64,000 nucleotides of DNA from Octopus bimaculoides (GCF_001194135.2 NC_068995.1:54229290-54293289), one strand, 5' to 3'. Numbered from the stretch's first letter, positions 37,844 through 51,590 are shown. Numbers and translations: made by a program. Notes: generated by a model not told the origin, from the sequence alone.

Positions 37844-39422
37844 GTGAGTTTATTCGTGTGCACGAGTCACCTATTACAATCTGAAGCAGACTCATTCTGG
37901 TTTAGCTGTATCATTAAGCTATTTATAGTTGACGTCCTTCTCAGTATACGATATGTTGTGAATATCACATGCATCAATAAATTCAAGGTGATTTTCTTGC
38001 GTTAATTTCCAATATATTGGTGTGACACCTTCCTTCACTATCCTACTTGTCCTAACAACTTTTGGTAATATTTGTTTCTCAAACTCCATTTATATCTGAA
38101 TGTCTAACACTTATATCTAGATATGTTTCCTAATATTTATTGTTTGGTTAATGAAATTTTCTCAGAATTCTTTTACGGACTTATAAATCGCTTTAATCAT
38201 GAGAATGGGTCTTCTAAGATAGCAGATATTGAAAATTGAAATGACCTACTGATATAGTTGGATTAGGTTTTGGTGAAATAAAGATTACTTCAAGCATACT
38301 AGCATTTGAAGTAAATTGTGATTTCACGAATAAAGCCAAAATTGTTGGGAAAGAAAATATTCTACTTAAGATAAGGCTTCACAGCATAGCAGAAATCCCG
38401 AACGAGCGTTTCTCAAGACAAATTCTATGTAACCGAAGGGTTTCTGTTATATTTCTTTATAATAAATTGCTTAAATCCACTTACACTTTGGACTTTTATT
38501 CGTATCTACTGGGTGATACTATTATGAGTATCTTTGTTATATGGAGCCTGTGTGACATCCGTTTACATGATATATTTCTTAACTATTCCACGTCGCATCC
38601 AATAGAAGATCATGTGGAAATGTACATCTTCCTATAATTCACTTCAAATGTTCTGGAGATTCTGATAGAGACGCTGATGTATTTTACACAAATGCTACTA
38701 AGATGAAACATTAAAAAAAATATTCTATGTTTCAGAAAAAGTGACAAACGTCTAAGCAATTTCTGATACTTTGTGTCACCTGTTAATGAATTGTTATGTA
38801 TGCATTCTACAGACAGTAGCGAGTCAAAGCATGCTGACGTATCAACCACACAAACATACAACATTTTCCTCAGATTTTCAAATGCTTATTACACGTGAAT
38901 ATTAATTTCCAGTCGTTAGGCTCATAAATTGTGTATGACGACATTTGTGCCACCGGTTTGTTTCTTTATGTGATTCGTAAATTGTGAAAGAAAGTAATAA
39001 TCCCACCTTCTCGTCTCCTACTATTCTAATGTGCTTTATTTTAGTTTCTGCTAATATAATTGAGAGTTTAGGTGACGGTAGAGGATAAAAAACAGTAGAG
39101 AATTCATTTACGAAATCATGATTAGCGCTTAAAACTTTATAAAACATCCACGCTTGATGAAAGACGAAGCCAAATATCACAACGAAATGACGACACAACG
39201 TGACAGTGGGAAGACCTCATTTTGGGTGCCGTGAAAGGAAATATTTTTTTATAAACAGGTTAAAACAAGGCGAAAATATTATAATCCTTAAAGTAAGAAT
39301 CGAAACAACTGCAAGAGATTACGTGTATTTTTGGAGTTAATAAATGTGCTTATTAATTTATTTATCTCCATATTCTTCTTTTTCTTCAATATATATATAT
39401 ATATATACTTATATATATATTT

Positions 39423-39589
39423 ACACGGCGGACTTCTTTCAGTTTCCGTCTGCCGAATCGACACACGAGGTTTTGGTCGGCGCGATGTTATAATAGAAGT
39501 TGCTTGCCCAAGTTGCGAAACGCTTGAGTTTTGACCTCGAAACCTGGTTGGGAAGCAACATTTTTTCACCACACAGACATGTCTGCGCA
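39423..39589 (-). mobile_element. tRNA-headed CORE-like SINE (family C, 5' half)
   Basis: Reverse complement gcgcagacatgtctgtgtggtg....gttgcttcccaacca...cttgggcaagcaacttcta...ggcagacggaaactgaaagaagtccgccgtg aligns with 49095-49240 and contains the CORE-like cttgggcaag. Confidence 0.75.
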
Positions 39590-39625
39590 TATCATTAGAT
39601 GTATGTATATGTATGAATTTGTGTA

Positions 39626-39666
<41 letters not shown>

Positions 39667-41220
39667 CATTTATCAAATATATACCTGTAAGTTTCCTAGT
39701 AATACTATTTGAAGATTAATAGAAATAATTCACCATTTCTCTAATCTGTAATGGAAATCGTAATTATCACCTATTAAATTTGTGTCATTATTTTGAAGTT
39801 CGATTAAAATCGTTGAAGTCTATTTACTTGGTTACACAGAAAGCAAGCAGTGTTTAACTGTTTTAACTTATTAATTAACCATTTAGTCACTTTATGATTG
39901 TTTAACTTTCCAAAATGCTTGAAGAAAACATTATGTTAGTAGATATCTATTCACAATGCGTATNNNNNNNNNNATATATATATAAAGATACGGAGGAATC
40001 ATACTCATCGAAACAACCTATTGAAGATACACTACATTCATACACACACAAACACACGTATACATATACATGCATTTATCCATAGTGCGGATACATTGAT
40101 GTAGTGTTAAGCCATTATTTACAAATGTAAATATCATTCTACGCAATGCGTTCAAAAAGATGGAAAAGCAGAATATCAGGGTAGATTGCTTGATTTGTTT
40201 CTTTTATGACATGTAAAAAAAAGCAATCTCACGTTAAACGGAAGGGTTACTCTATAATTTTAAAGTTTAATTTTATTAATCTTTTACAAGAAAATATTGA
40301 GTTGACTTCGAAGATACGACTCGCTCGTTTTCGAAAGATTATGCTATATTTGGTGCTTCTTTTGGCTTTATATTGTTTTAAGTGTTTTAATTTTGTGTTT
40401 GTGTGTGTGGTGGCTAGTCGGAGGAATGTAAAATGATTTTTTATTATAATTTGGTTAAGATGAAAATGGATTGGAAACGTGTAAAGTAGCATGTTTGGGA
40501 AGTATGTATTTGTAAGGCGTAGGCTAATTAAAATTTTTGTGAGGAGATTTTGTTTGGTTTGATGTTAGAAATGTGTTGAACCGTATAACTAGTAGTATAT
40601 CATTGAAATGGTGTAAACTCAGATCAGCACTACATCATTCTTTGTATATGAAGTTGTTTTTGTCGTGCATTTGGAAACAAAGAAATGTTTGCATTTAAAC
40701 AAGTTGGAGTGAAAGAGTTGATTGTTTGTATAAGGATTATTAGTAACAGCATTGTTTCCTTAAGTTAGGGATATGTGTGTGAGATATTGTCACATGTAGC
40801 TGTAGGGAAGGTATATAGGTTTGAACACCATAGAGATTTGAAGATTTTGTATGTGCAGAAAGAACCTAATTCAGAACTACATTTCAGTACTTGAGTCTTA
40901 ATGAAGTGAATCTGACAATCTCCATCGTTTCCGAATTGTTAGGTTTTGATATTTTACTGTAGGTATGGCAATACTTTCAAACAGAAGATACATAAGTCAT
41001 GTATACATGTGTATGTGTATGTGTGTATGCATGCAAGTGTTTTTTGTGTGTTATATCAGAAAAAAGTCCATTTCGATTAGCCATACATATACAAATAATT
41101 ACCCAGATAGTTATCTAGGTTTATCATTAGATTTACCATGAGATACACAAGGAAAATACCTATAAATATACTGAGCTATTTTTCGGAAAGATTATTTTTT
41201 AGGATTAATGTAAAACTCAC

Positions 41221-41400
41221 CACACAGCGAAAACGAAATCCCAGTACATCATTGATTGGGTATACAGCTACAGTCTCACTTGTGTTACAACACCGCATAT
41301 CAGAACATGTCACGTGCGGGTCACTTCGCGCGTATCCCAGCGTACCATTGCAACAAGTATCTTGGTGATGTACAAGTCGACTGTGACGGCTAGATGTCCA
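41221..41400 (-). CDS. Candidate internal exon, 180 nt, phase 0-0, Cys-rich extracellular-like peptide (WTSSRHSRLVHHQDTCCNGTLGYARSDPHVTCSDMRCCNTSETVAVYPINDVLGFRFRCV)
   Basis: Acceptor ttctttcctttgccttcttttcag| and donor GTG|gtgagt. Only one frame is open. GC is 86/180 by hand count, against very AT-rich flanks. It encodes six Cys and two N-glycosylation sequons (NGT, NTS). Confidence 0.6.
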
Positions 41401-42629
41401 CTGAAAAGAAGGCAAAGGAAAGAATATCGTTAGCTTCAAAGATTTTCGCACTGAGATTAAAATCAAATCACACACATACACATACACACAAACAAACACA
41501 TACACAAATGTACACACATATACATATATGTATACGTGTATGCATATACGTATGTATTAGTATTTGTATACTCTAGTGTGTTTATTCATTAATAACCCAA
41601 AATATATTGTTATGGCGTGAAAGCGTGTAGGTATTAATGTTTGCGAAAATATATAAAACTTGACGGTTTATTAAGCAAGTATGATCAAACGCTCTTTAAG
41701 AAGCAGTATTCTCTGAAGACATGAAGCAATTAAGTGAAAAGCAATATGTACGTTTAATGTTCTTGCACAATAACTTACAACTTATTTTGCATCGAGGTAG
41801 ACAGCAACACGGTGTTAAACATGCATAATGCAACCCACCCCAACACAGAGAGCCAGACAGGTTTACTCCATCGCACAATTTTACGCGTAAAAATTAAAAA
41901 AAAATTAAGAATACAAGTAGACATATATGTGAATATACATACACATATATGTTTATACATATATATACCTATATATATATATATATATANNNNNNNNNNN
42001 NNNNNNNNNNNNNNNNNNNNNNNNNNNNNNNNNNNNNNNNNNNNNNNNNNNNNNNNNNNNNNNNNNNNNNNNNNNNNNNNNNNNNNNNNNNNNNNNNNNN
42101 NNNNNNNNNNNNNNNNNNNNNNNNNNNNNNNNNNNNNNNNNNNNNNNNNNNNNNNNNNNNNNNNNNNNNNNNNNNNNNNNNNNNNNNNNNNNNNNNNNNN
42201 NNNNNNNNNNNNNNNNNNNNNNNNNNNNNNNNNNNNNNNNNNNNNNNNNNNNNNNNNNNNNNNNNNNNNNNNNNNNNNNNNNNNNNNNNNNNNNNNNNNN
42301 NNNNNNNNNNNNNNNNNNNNNNNNNNNNNNNNNNNNNNNNNNNNNNNNNNNNNNNNNNNNNNNNNNNNNNNNNNNNNNNNNNNNNNNNNNNNNNNNNNNN
42401 NNNNNNNNNNNNNNNNNNNNNNNNNNNNNNNNNNNNNNNNNNNNNNNNNNNNNNNNNNNNNNNNNNNNNNNNNNNNNNNNNNNNNNNNNNNNNNNNNNNN
42501 NNNNNNNNNNNNNNNNNNNNNNNNNNNNNNNNNNNNNNNNNNNNNNNNNNNNNNNNNNNNNNNNNNNNNNNNNNNNNNNNNNNNNNNNNNNNNNNNNNNN
42601 NNNNNNNNNNNNNNNNNNNNNNNNNNNNN

Positions 42630-42681
42630 ATATATATATATATACATATACATATATGTATATATACATATATATATATAC

Positions 42682-42723
<42 letters not shown>

Positions 42724-42810
42724 ATACATATATATATATATACACACATACATACATATATATATATATACACATACATATATATACATACATATATATA
42801 TGTATGTATG
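42630..42810. repeat. Compound microsatellite with higher-order unit (TA)n-CA(CA)CATACATACA
   Basis: About 4 repeats of a ~26-30-bp compound unit next to a gap. Confidence 0.85.
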
Positions 42811-44119
42811 TCTATATATTCACCATGATAGATCGCTAGCCACTACACATTCTTTTTTTCTCTTCTTGTTTCCTTCTATGTTCCTTTCTGTGGAAGAGCG
42901 TAGGCTCAAAACGTTCAAAACTTTCCCACTTCCCGAGCGTTATGCTAATACATCTGTTTGTTGTCTACACCACCAGTCTTTTGTATTTTTTGGTGAATTA
43001 TCCCCATATATATATATATATATATATAAACATATACAAGGAGAGAAAATACATTATAAGTACAAAGATGTTCCGAAGTTGAAATTCATAGATGACAGGA
43101 ATAAGTGAAATTGATAACGTTTCCGAAATAGTCCTTCTTCAAATACCATAGCAAAGCCCATGTGTCATTAGGAAGACAATGAAGATAATGAAGGGGATAA
43201 AATTGAAACAGAAGGAAAGGATGTATGCGCTCTTGTATTTGAGTATGTGCATGCGGAAGCCTTTGTGTGTGTACGTGTGCGGGTGTGGTTATATTATAGA
43301 TTTGCTTCCTTTCGTGCTCACACAGATCTGTACGCCTGTACAAAGTAAACAAAGTACTCATATGTCATTCGCTGAATTAGTTCCTGTTAATTATAGATAT
43401 GAAAGTGATATACACAAATGGGTTAACTGTAACGTTGAAAATTAAGACTTCATCGTTTTCAATATATATATTAGACTAGCTCTAAATATCAGCGGTTGAC
43501 TTCAAGTATGTATCACTGATTTAATGTAATTCAGAAAGAGGGGTAATATATCTGCAAAGCTTCGGGTGTAGGTGGACACATCCGTGATATATGGTATCCT
43601 TGCTTCATTTAACATCAGCGTGTTGTCGTTGTTTACACATTGAAAACATTTAATTGTCAACGTCGTTATCTATATTTCAGTACGTACCATAATGATAATT
43701 CATTTAGCTCTCAGCAGTAGGGAAACAAACACGGTGTATGATTCGATTTATCGGTAATGAGAGCGTAGTGGCTAGAAGACAATGTGAATGACTTCATATC
43801 TCGTTTCGGTGAATGCATGTCCAGTACCTTTGCACTGTTTCAAAATTATAATCAACTATTTACTCTATTTATTGTTTTTGTTTGCGTTAATAGTGTAGCA
43901 CATATTCAAAAGCAATCCAGTCATTAAAATCGTTTACTTGTTATTGAATTCGATTGGGTTGAATAATACAATAATTTCACCAATACCTGCTTGCTTTTCG
44001 GGGAATATTTTGGTATGAATGTTTTCTCTTGTATAGATTTTATAGATACTGTCCAATGTTGGCATGTGCGTTAGGAGCAAATATTAGTCGGGACGGACCA
44101 TTGCTCCGCGAATCAGTAC

Positions 44120-44154
44120 TATAAAAAGTGAGGCATGCAAGCACGGATTCATTC
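44120..44154 (+). promoter_or_regulatory. Candidate Pol II core promoter (TATA box plus Inr)
   Basis: TATAAAAA at 44120-44127 and TCATTC (TCAKTY Inr) with its A at 44151, putting TATA at -31, in a locally CpG-containing patch. It could be chance in AT-rich DNA. Confidence 0.3.
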
Positions 44155-44180
44155 GTACTGCCTTATTTCTGACTATGCAT

Positions 44181-44240
44181 GGGGCCGCGATCTGGTAGAA
44201 TTGCTAGCACGCCGGGCGAAATGCTTAGTGGTGTATCGTC
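44181..44240 (+). mobile_element. SINE family A, 5' head only
   Basis: ggccgcgatctggtagaattgctagcacgccgggcgaaatgcttagtggt matches the heads of 26308 and 51391. Confidence 0.8.
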
Positions 44241-44830
44241 AGAATGTTTACAAACAATTATAATTAAAAAACATGGGAATACTTCCCTTCTATCACCAGA
44301 GAAAAAAAATCCAAATAATATAAATTTAAAACACAACAAAACAAATTAAATCTAAAAAAGAGACACTTGGCAGAGTCAAGAAATTCGTTAACGTAGTACT
44401 AGTAGGCGCTAAACTTAGAATTGAACTAGCTTACTTATTTATATAATATTCAACAAAAAGGAAATTATAAAGAAACGATTCAAGAAAAACGTGACAGATC
44501 CATTAAATCATGTTTTTTGCCGATCCTGACTATGACACAAATTACTTTGTGTGAAGTGTAGCTGCAGAAGTTGGAAAAAGCCCAAAAGAAATGTATCCTG
44601 TTAAATTACTATTTGTTATAGATGCAAGGTTACAGACAAGTCTATAGCTTTTATAAGAGAAACAACCTATATTAGCGCTGAAGTATTTTAGAAACATATC
44701 TTCCAATTTTCTAAAGAAAACAAAAAGGATTGCTCTGTTTATATCCATCTCAAAATATGTGTAGTGTCGATGCCCCCAGGCGAAGAAGTAGGATATCCCA
44801 AGAGAGGTAGTCTGGCCGTGGTAGGTGTTG

Positions 44831-44873
44831 AGTAGCAGTCGAGTAGCAGTTGTGTAGCGGTTGAGTAGAGATT
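44831..44873. repeat. Imperfect 11-bp tandem repeat (GAGTAGCAGTY) x4
   Basis: gagtagcagtc gagtagcagtt gtgtagcggtt gagtagagatt. Confidence 0.8.
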
Positions 44874-45259
44874 ATCCGAAGGTAGCTTGAGACATAACAA
44901 TTTTGTACCTCGTGAAAGAAACAAACTGAAGTTTCATAATCATCACGGAACTTCATATTTATGCCAGTGAAAAAGTGCACTCCTCCAGAAGCAACCTGCT
45001 ATTAGGGGTTGCTGCGCCGTCGATAATCCACAGGTTTGAGAGAGACAATAGGATCGATGTGCTAAAATGTTTATAAATGAAAAACAACATGGACAGACAA
45101 ACAATGAAGCGGGTATGATTCAATCTATAATGGGATCAGCCAATGATTCGAAGGAAGAACGAGTATATTTTCAGCACGTGGATCCCAGACGAGTAACATA
45201 TGAAAACGCAAAGCCGCAACAATAAATACAGCAATAAATGAAAAAAAAACCCAGAAAAT

Positions 45260-45352
45260 ATAGGCACAAGGCTGGTAATTTTAGGAGAGAGGGTCTGAAT
45301 GACTTCATCAACCGGTATTCCACTGGTGCTTTTGTCTTCACACTATCGACCC
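45260..45352 (-). mobile_element. SINE family A, 3' fragment
   Basis: ataggcacaaggc...aattttaggagagaggg...cactggtgc...atcgacccc matches the start of 50485-50690. Confidence 0.6.
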
Positions 45353-48300
45353 CATAATATATATACATATGTGTGTGTGTGTGTGTGTTATGTATATANN
45401 NNNNNNNNNNNNNNNNNNNNNNNNNNNNNNNNNNNNNNNNNNNNNNNNNNNNNNNNNNNNNNNNNNNNNNNNNNNNNNNNNNNNNNNNNNNNNNNNNNNN
45501 NNNNNNNNNNNNNNNNNNNNNNNNNNNNNNNNNNNNNNNNNNNNNNNNNNNNNNNNNNNNNNNNNNNNNNNNNNNNNNNNNNNNNNNNNNNNNNNNNNNN
45601 NNNNNNNNNNNNNNNNNNNNNNNNNNNNNNNNNNNNNNNNNNNNNNNNNNNNNNNNNNNNNNNNNNNNNNNNNNNNNNNNNNNNNNNNNNNNNNNNNNNN
45701 NNNNNNNNNNNNNNNNNNNNNNNNNNNNNNNNNNNNNNNNNNNNNNNNNNNNNNNNNNNNNNNNNNNNNNNNNNNNNNNNNNNNNNNNNNNNNNNNNNNN
45801 NNNNNNNNNNNNNNNNNNNNNNNNNNNNNNNNNNNNNNNNNNNNNNNNNNNNNNNNNNNNNNNNNNNNNNNNNNNNNNNNNNNNNNNNNNNNNNNNNNNN
45901 NNNNNNNNNNNNNNNNNNNNNNNNNNNNNNNNNNNNNNNNNNNNNNNNNNNNNNNNNNNNNNNNNNNNNNNNNNNNNNNNNNNNNNNNNNNNNNNNNNNN
46001 NNNNNNNNNNNNNNNNNNNNNNNNNNNNNNNNNNNNNNNNNNNNNNNNNNNNNNNNNNNNNNNNNNNNNNNNNNNNNNNNNNNNNNNNNNNNNNNNNNNN
46101 NNNNNNNNNNNNNNNNNNNNNNNNNNNNNNNNNNNNNNNNNNNNNNNNNNNNNNNNNNNNNNNNNNNNNNNNNNNNNNNNNNNNNNNNNNNNNNNNNNNN
46201 NNNNNNNNNNNNNNNNNTATATATATATATATATATATGCATATTTATAGACATACATATATGTATATATTTAAACATGTCTACTATGCAATAATATATG
46301 TATGCAAATATATACATTCACATATGTACATACACACACCCGCATACACGTATATGTAAGCATAGCTACAGACGCACGTACAACATTGCAGTATGTGTTA
46401 ATAAGTTTGCGTACAGATAAAAAAAAATAGCAGCAGACATACAACACTCACTAAACACACGCGTTCTCATAAACGTATACACGCACACAATAATGTACAT
46501 AATATATTTTCGTTACTTTTGTTTATTGAATCATTTTTTTGTCTCCTAAACAGATAACTGCTTTTGGCTATACATTTATTAGCGTTAATATACACGCACA
46601 TACAAACAGACACAAACATACACACCGCATCGGAAACAACAACAAATAATATACTTACAATTCAATAATACACATAGTTGGGCTTAGAAACAACGACATA
46701 TAAATAGACCAGACGCACGCATTGGAGACTATTATATGGTATTCAAAAACATAACCACAATGTTTTGGTCAAAAAGTTTGTCAAATGAATCAATTAACAA
46801 TTAATAATTGAAGAATGGACTGCAAGCAATTTTTGATATTTTTTGGCAGACTGACATCCACAATAGAACAGCACGCACTCACACATACATACACACACAC
46901 ATATATACCCGCGCGGGCGCGCTCAAATATACGTATATGTTAAAATTTCACAAGATTAAGCACACTAACTTCGAAGCATCGGTCTGTTATTTCCCATCAG
47001 ACTATTAAAAGTAACAACGTAACAAATACTAACGTTTATATATTATATACATACATATATATATAAACATATATGCTCGTATATAGGTGTCGTATATATA
47101 TATATGTATATATATATATACATATATATATATATNNNNNNNNNNNNNNNNNNNNNNNNNNNNNNNNNNNNNNNNNNNNNNNNNNNNNNNNNNNNNNNNN
47201 NNNNNNNNNNNNNNNNNNNNNNNNNNNNNNNNNNNTATACAACTTTTGTACAAATATCTAAATGAACATGTACGTGTATGCGTGTGTTTGTTTATGTATA
47301 AGATATCTATATGTATATATATACATATATATTTACATGCGTATATGTATACACATGTATATATGTATACAAACATACCATTCTAAATGTGTGCGAGCGT
47401 GTTTGTTTGTGTGTATATGTATATTTCTAAACGTCCGTACACATTTATGCATGGGTGTGTGTTGTGTGTGTGCGTGTGTGTTTAAGTGTATATCTATATA
47501 TGGACAATTTTCCAGCCAGCACGATTCCTGTTTGCGTGATAAACAAATAACGGCCAACAAAAATATCAAGATATGATGTAAGAATATAAGAATGATTAAT
47601 GATTTCACCTCGATGAAATCAATATGAACAGTTTTATCTCCCTTTCCTTTGGAGCCATTTCAATATACGTTATTGATATTTTTTTATACATTTACTTTTA
47701 CATATTTGGTTTTTGCACTTTTTCTTTGTTCAATTAATCTTGGTTATTAATTTTTGTCTCCATTTCACATTCTATTGATTGATACTTTGTTCAATGTCAC
47801 TATATATATATTTTTTATTTTATTGACATTTTGTATTAGTTTCTTCATATTTTTATGTATATTCAGGAAATTTATTGCTTTTGCCCAGAGTGATATCAAA
47901 CTTTAACATTCCTTGTGTAATATGTCTTATTATTTTTTTGCTTGTGTCTTATTTTGATGTTTAATTCTAGATAGATCACTACTGCTAGCCGTAATATTTC
48001 CGAATCTTAAACTTTCTGAAGAACCCGTTTTGATATGACCACCGCATAATTATATACATATATATATATATATATAATAATTTTCCAGATATATATTTAT
48101 GCATATATGTGTGTATGTGTGTTTATGCATGTATATATTTATGGATGTGTGTGATGTGCGAGCCAATAAATATATGGTCTTGTGGATGCACATGTATACA
48201 TGTATGTTTTTACATTTATATGTGTATAAGCGAAAAGTTGCAAGTGAGTAATTTTTATGTAGGCGTTTTGTGCTGAAAACGGTGAATACTAAACCTCGAG

Positions 48301-49094
48301 AGGATATACGATACATGCATTTTTAAATGAATTTTTGTTTTGTGGAATATTTTCCAAGAGATAAAAATGCAAGGCCATCTGAAAGGTTCGTTTTAAAACG
48401 ATAGCAATGCATTTATGATTAATTCATCACACAGTTACCCATAGCAATACTGCACTTAAAGGCGTAAGTAATCATATTTTCTCAAAGTTATCTCTAAGTT
48501 GAAAAGCATACATACAGCTGCTTATAATGCGGAAACGCTTATGCACTGAGATATATGCTTACGTATGATAGTATATGGTTGCGTACAACAGAAGTTCCCT
48601 AAACATATCATGTAATTTGAAATGGATCAAACAGCATGATAGCCTGGGGTAATGCATTGCAGAGTTTTATCGTTTTACCTACATTTTGCAAGTAGAATTT
48701 TAGACGAAAACTACTGAGAATTTTGATGATCTATTCATTTTATATTCTGTAATTTAGAAGTAACTGAGAGCGGGATAACGTGGATATCAACGAAGTCTTT
48801 GCATATAGTGTTCCAGCATGGTCTCACTTGAGTTAGTGAAATCCTTCTGAAAAATTTATTAGTGCATGCATGAATACGTATATACGTGAAATCTGTGTGT
48901 ACTCGAGGATGATGAAGCATGTTTGCGACATGATAAAACTTAAACACACATTTCAATTCATTGCGTTAAACACAGTAGATTTAACAAGAAACTCATATGT
49001 AAATATTAAGAATATGAGAGACCAACAAGGGTGGGCGTATGAGTAATGTGGAAATTCAGTTTTATATGTATAAAACCAAAGAAAACTGCGATAA

Positions 49095-49240
49095 GGCGCA
49101 GGTGTGGCTGAGGGGCAAGAATCTTGCTTTCTAAACACGTAGTTCCAGTGCAGTCCAAGTCTGTGGCACCTTGGGAAAATATTTGCGATTAGATTTGTAA
49201 ACGGAAAATGAAGGAAACTGAAGAAATCCGGAATATATGT
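49095..49240 (+). mobile_element. tRNA-headed CORE-like SINE (family C, 5' half, internal deletion)
   Basis: ggcgcaggtgtggctga...cttgctttctaaacacgtagttcc...gtggcaccttgggaa...ggaaactgaagaaatcc, followed by (TA)-rich sequence. Confidence 0.75.
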
Positions 49241-50484
49241 ATATATATGTATACATAGATCCATACATATCTACATATACTCTGCCTGTGTACCAGTTTT
49301 TTTTTTCAATAGAATTAATTATTGTTTCGCACAAATATCTTGTAATTTTGCTACTTCCATCTTCAAAGTTTTCTGATAGGTTTTAGACCGTTCTTCTATT
49401 TGCGCTGATGGTATTTCTTGATAAAAATGATATTTAGATTCGATTATCATATTTCTTTCCTTCTCAATAAGTCCGGAATATATCGACTTCAATGCTTTCT
49501 TGCCCAAAGAATTAAGGTTAAGTTGAATCTTGTGTTTAGTTTCGGGCTAGTTATGTGTTAATGACTTAGAAAGTGGATGCATGAAACTATTAATATACAC
49601 CACTAATGGAACCGTATTTCTCCCGCCCTTCTTCAGAAGCTATAAATTTAATTGTAGATGCGATCAGGTATTTGATTTCTCTGTGATATATGAAGCAGTA
49701 TGTGCGTTTGTATGTTATTCATGTCTATTTTGCTATACTTCACATAGAAAACCTCAGTCTGCATCAGATTGTCATGGAATATATTGATTCGCAATTCAAA
49801 ATAAGTACTACATAATTACACCTAGTAAAATGTTTGAGAAAATACGACAGACACATTAAAGAAAACACATAGAAAAGCAACTAATCAACAAAACAAAAGA
49901 TGAGAACTTGCTCTAAATTATCCCTCTATAGATTCCGAACGTCAATAAGCCGGTATATAATTACTAGCTTTGCAGTCTGGTAACCTCAAGGGTAATGTTA
50001 AAGTGGAACAAAAAGTATAGGAAGAAAAAAAAGAGAAATATTCAACAACAATAAGTGAACGGAAGAAGCCAAAAAAAAAAATGAAAAGAAAAAGAAACGG
50101 CAAACTTATTTGTGTTGTTAACATATATTTATATATTTAAAAGACATTTGTGCCATTTTGTTACGCTATCTTTCTTTCTTAATCATTTCATTATACTCTC
50201 ATGTAATATTTTCTTGGCCACCTTTTCCTTCTTTGTTCATTAAGTTGAAAAACTAAAAGGAAATTCTCTTATTTTTACGAAAGTAAACAAAACTAAATAA
50301 TAAACACTGGATTCGCTCCTGCATAGGTTATGAAAATACAGAGAAAATACTTCTCTTACGTTCAAATGGTCTCTGTGTGACTATTCAATCTTTGTACACA
50401 TCGTGGAATGATAGAAAGGACAGATGACTCAAGTTCCTTGAAATGATGGACGAAATCAGATGTCAAAGAATTTACTTTAATAGC

Positions 50485-50690
50485 ATTTTCTGCTCTAGGG
50501 ACAAGGACCAAAATTTTGGGGAAGGGGGCCAGTCGATTAGAGCAATCCCACTATGCAAATGATACTTAATTTATCGACCCCGAAAGGATGAAAAGCAAAG
50601 TCGACCTCGGCGGAATTTGAACTCAGAACGTAAGGACAAACAAAATACAGGTAAGCATTTCGCCCTGCATGATAACGTTTCTGACAGCTC
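50485..50690 (-). mobile_element. SINE family A, near full length
   Basis: Reverse complement of the family A core (tacttaatttatcgaccccgaaaggatgaaaagcaaagtcgacctcggcggaatttgaactcagaacg). Confidence 0.92.
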
Positions 50691-50953
50691 TAATAACACT
50701 TGAGTCTCAATTACTGCATGGATAATGTATTAAGCATTCGTTTTACAAGATTCAATGACCGACAAAATTCATTTATAAATACATAGCGTTACTGAAATCC
50801 TTCAGAAATATAAACAAAGTGACGTTGAGGAAATACGGCCCAACTTGTTTTCACTTGATCATATCTTTCACAATAAATAGTACAAGATTCGATCCTGAGC
50901 CTGTGTATAACTGTAAATCAACTGTAAGTTAATCACGTCTTAATAATGATTTC

Positions 50954-51147
50954 AAAATTTGGCATAAGGCCAGAAATGCCGAGAAATATATTGCTTACAT
51001 AGACTCCTGTGTCTAACTGGTGCATTTTTATCTACGCCAAAAGAATGAAATGCAAATTCGAACACAGTAGAATTTGAACTCAGAACATAAGGACAGACGA
51101 AAATCATTATTCCCACCGTGCTCACGATTCTGTCACTTCGTCGCCTT
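50954..51147 (-). mobile_element. SINE family A, degenerate
   Basis: aatttgaactcagaacataaggacagacgaaa...gtgctcacgattctgtcacttcgtcgcct. Confidence 0.75.
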
Positions 51148-51269
51148 TTATGACATCATAATATTGATAAGAGGGAGAGAGAGAACTAGGAACACTGAGG
51201 TTCACACCTCCCCCCAATTTAAATAAAGTTATATGAGAAGATTTCGTTCTTCTTTTTGTTACGTTCCAG

Positions 51270-51311
51270 GGCTTTGGAAGCGTACGCAACTTTGTTGCAC
51301 AACTGCCGCAG
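51270..51311 (+). CDS. Candidate 42-nt exon between inverted SINEs
   Basis: Very long polypyrimidine tract gatttcgttcttctttttgttacgttccag|. The donor CAG|gttcta is weak. All three frames are open (e.g. ALEAYATLLHNCR). Confidence 0.22.
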
Positions 51312-51390
51312 GTTCTAATGTCTTGTAGGAGCATCGTATTTACTACAAACTACGTCAAACGTATTCATAAGTTAATAATGTGTTCTATTG

Positions 51391-51590
51391 AAGGCGGCGA
51401 GTTGACAGAAACGTTAGCACACCGGGCGAAATGCTTAGCTGTATACTGAATTCAAATTCCGCCGAGGTCGACTTTATCTTTCATCCTTTCGGGGTCGATA
51501 AATTAAGTACTAGTTGCGTACTGGGGTCAATCTAATCGACGGACCACAACCCCAAATTTTCGTGCCTCGTGCCTAGAATAGAAAATAATA
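51391..51590 (+). mobile_element. SINE family A, near full length, with TSD
   Basis: Aligns to 20424-20638 with a short internal deletion. An imperfect 12-bp TSD reads TGTGTTCTATTG (51379-51390) and TGTGTTCAACTG (51592-51603). Confidence 0.92.

Noticed and set aside
40250-40860. C/A-rich minus-strand stretch suggestive of a Penelope remnant
   Set aside because: No diagnostic RT or GIY-YIG motif could be read.
46909-46924. CG palindrome CCCGCGCGGG-CGCGC
   Set aside because: Short and embedded in CA/CG microsatellite-derived sequence.
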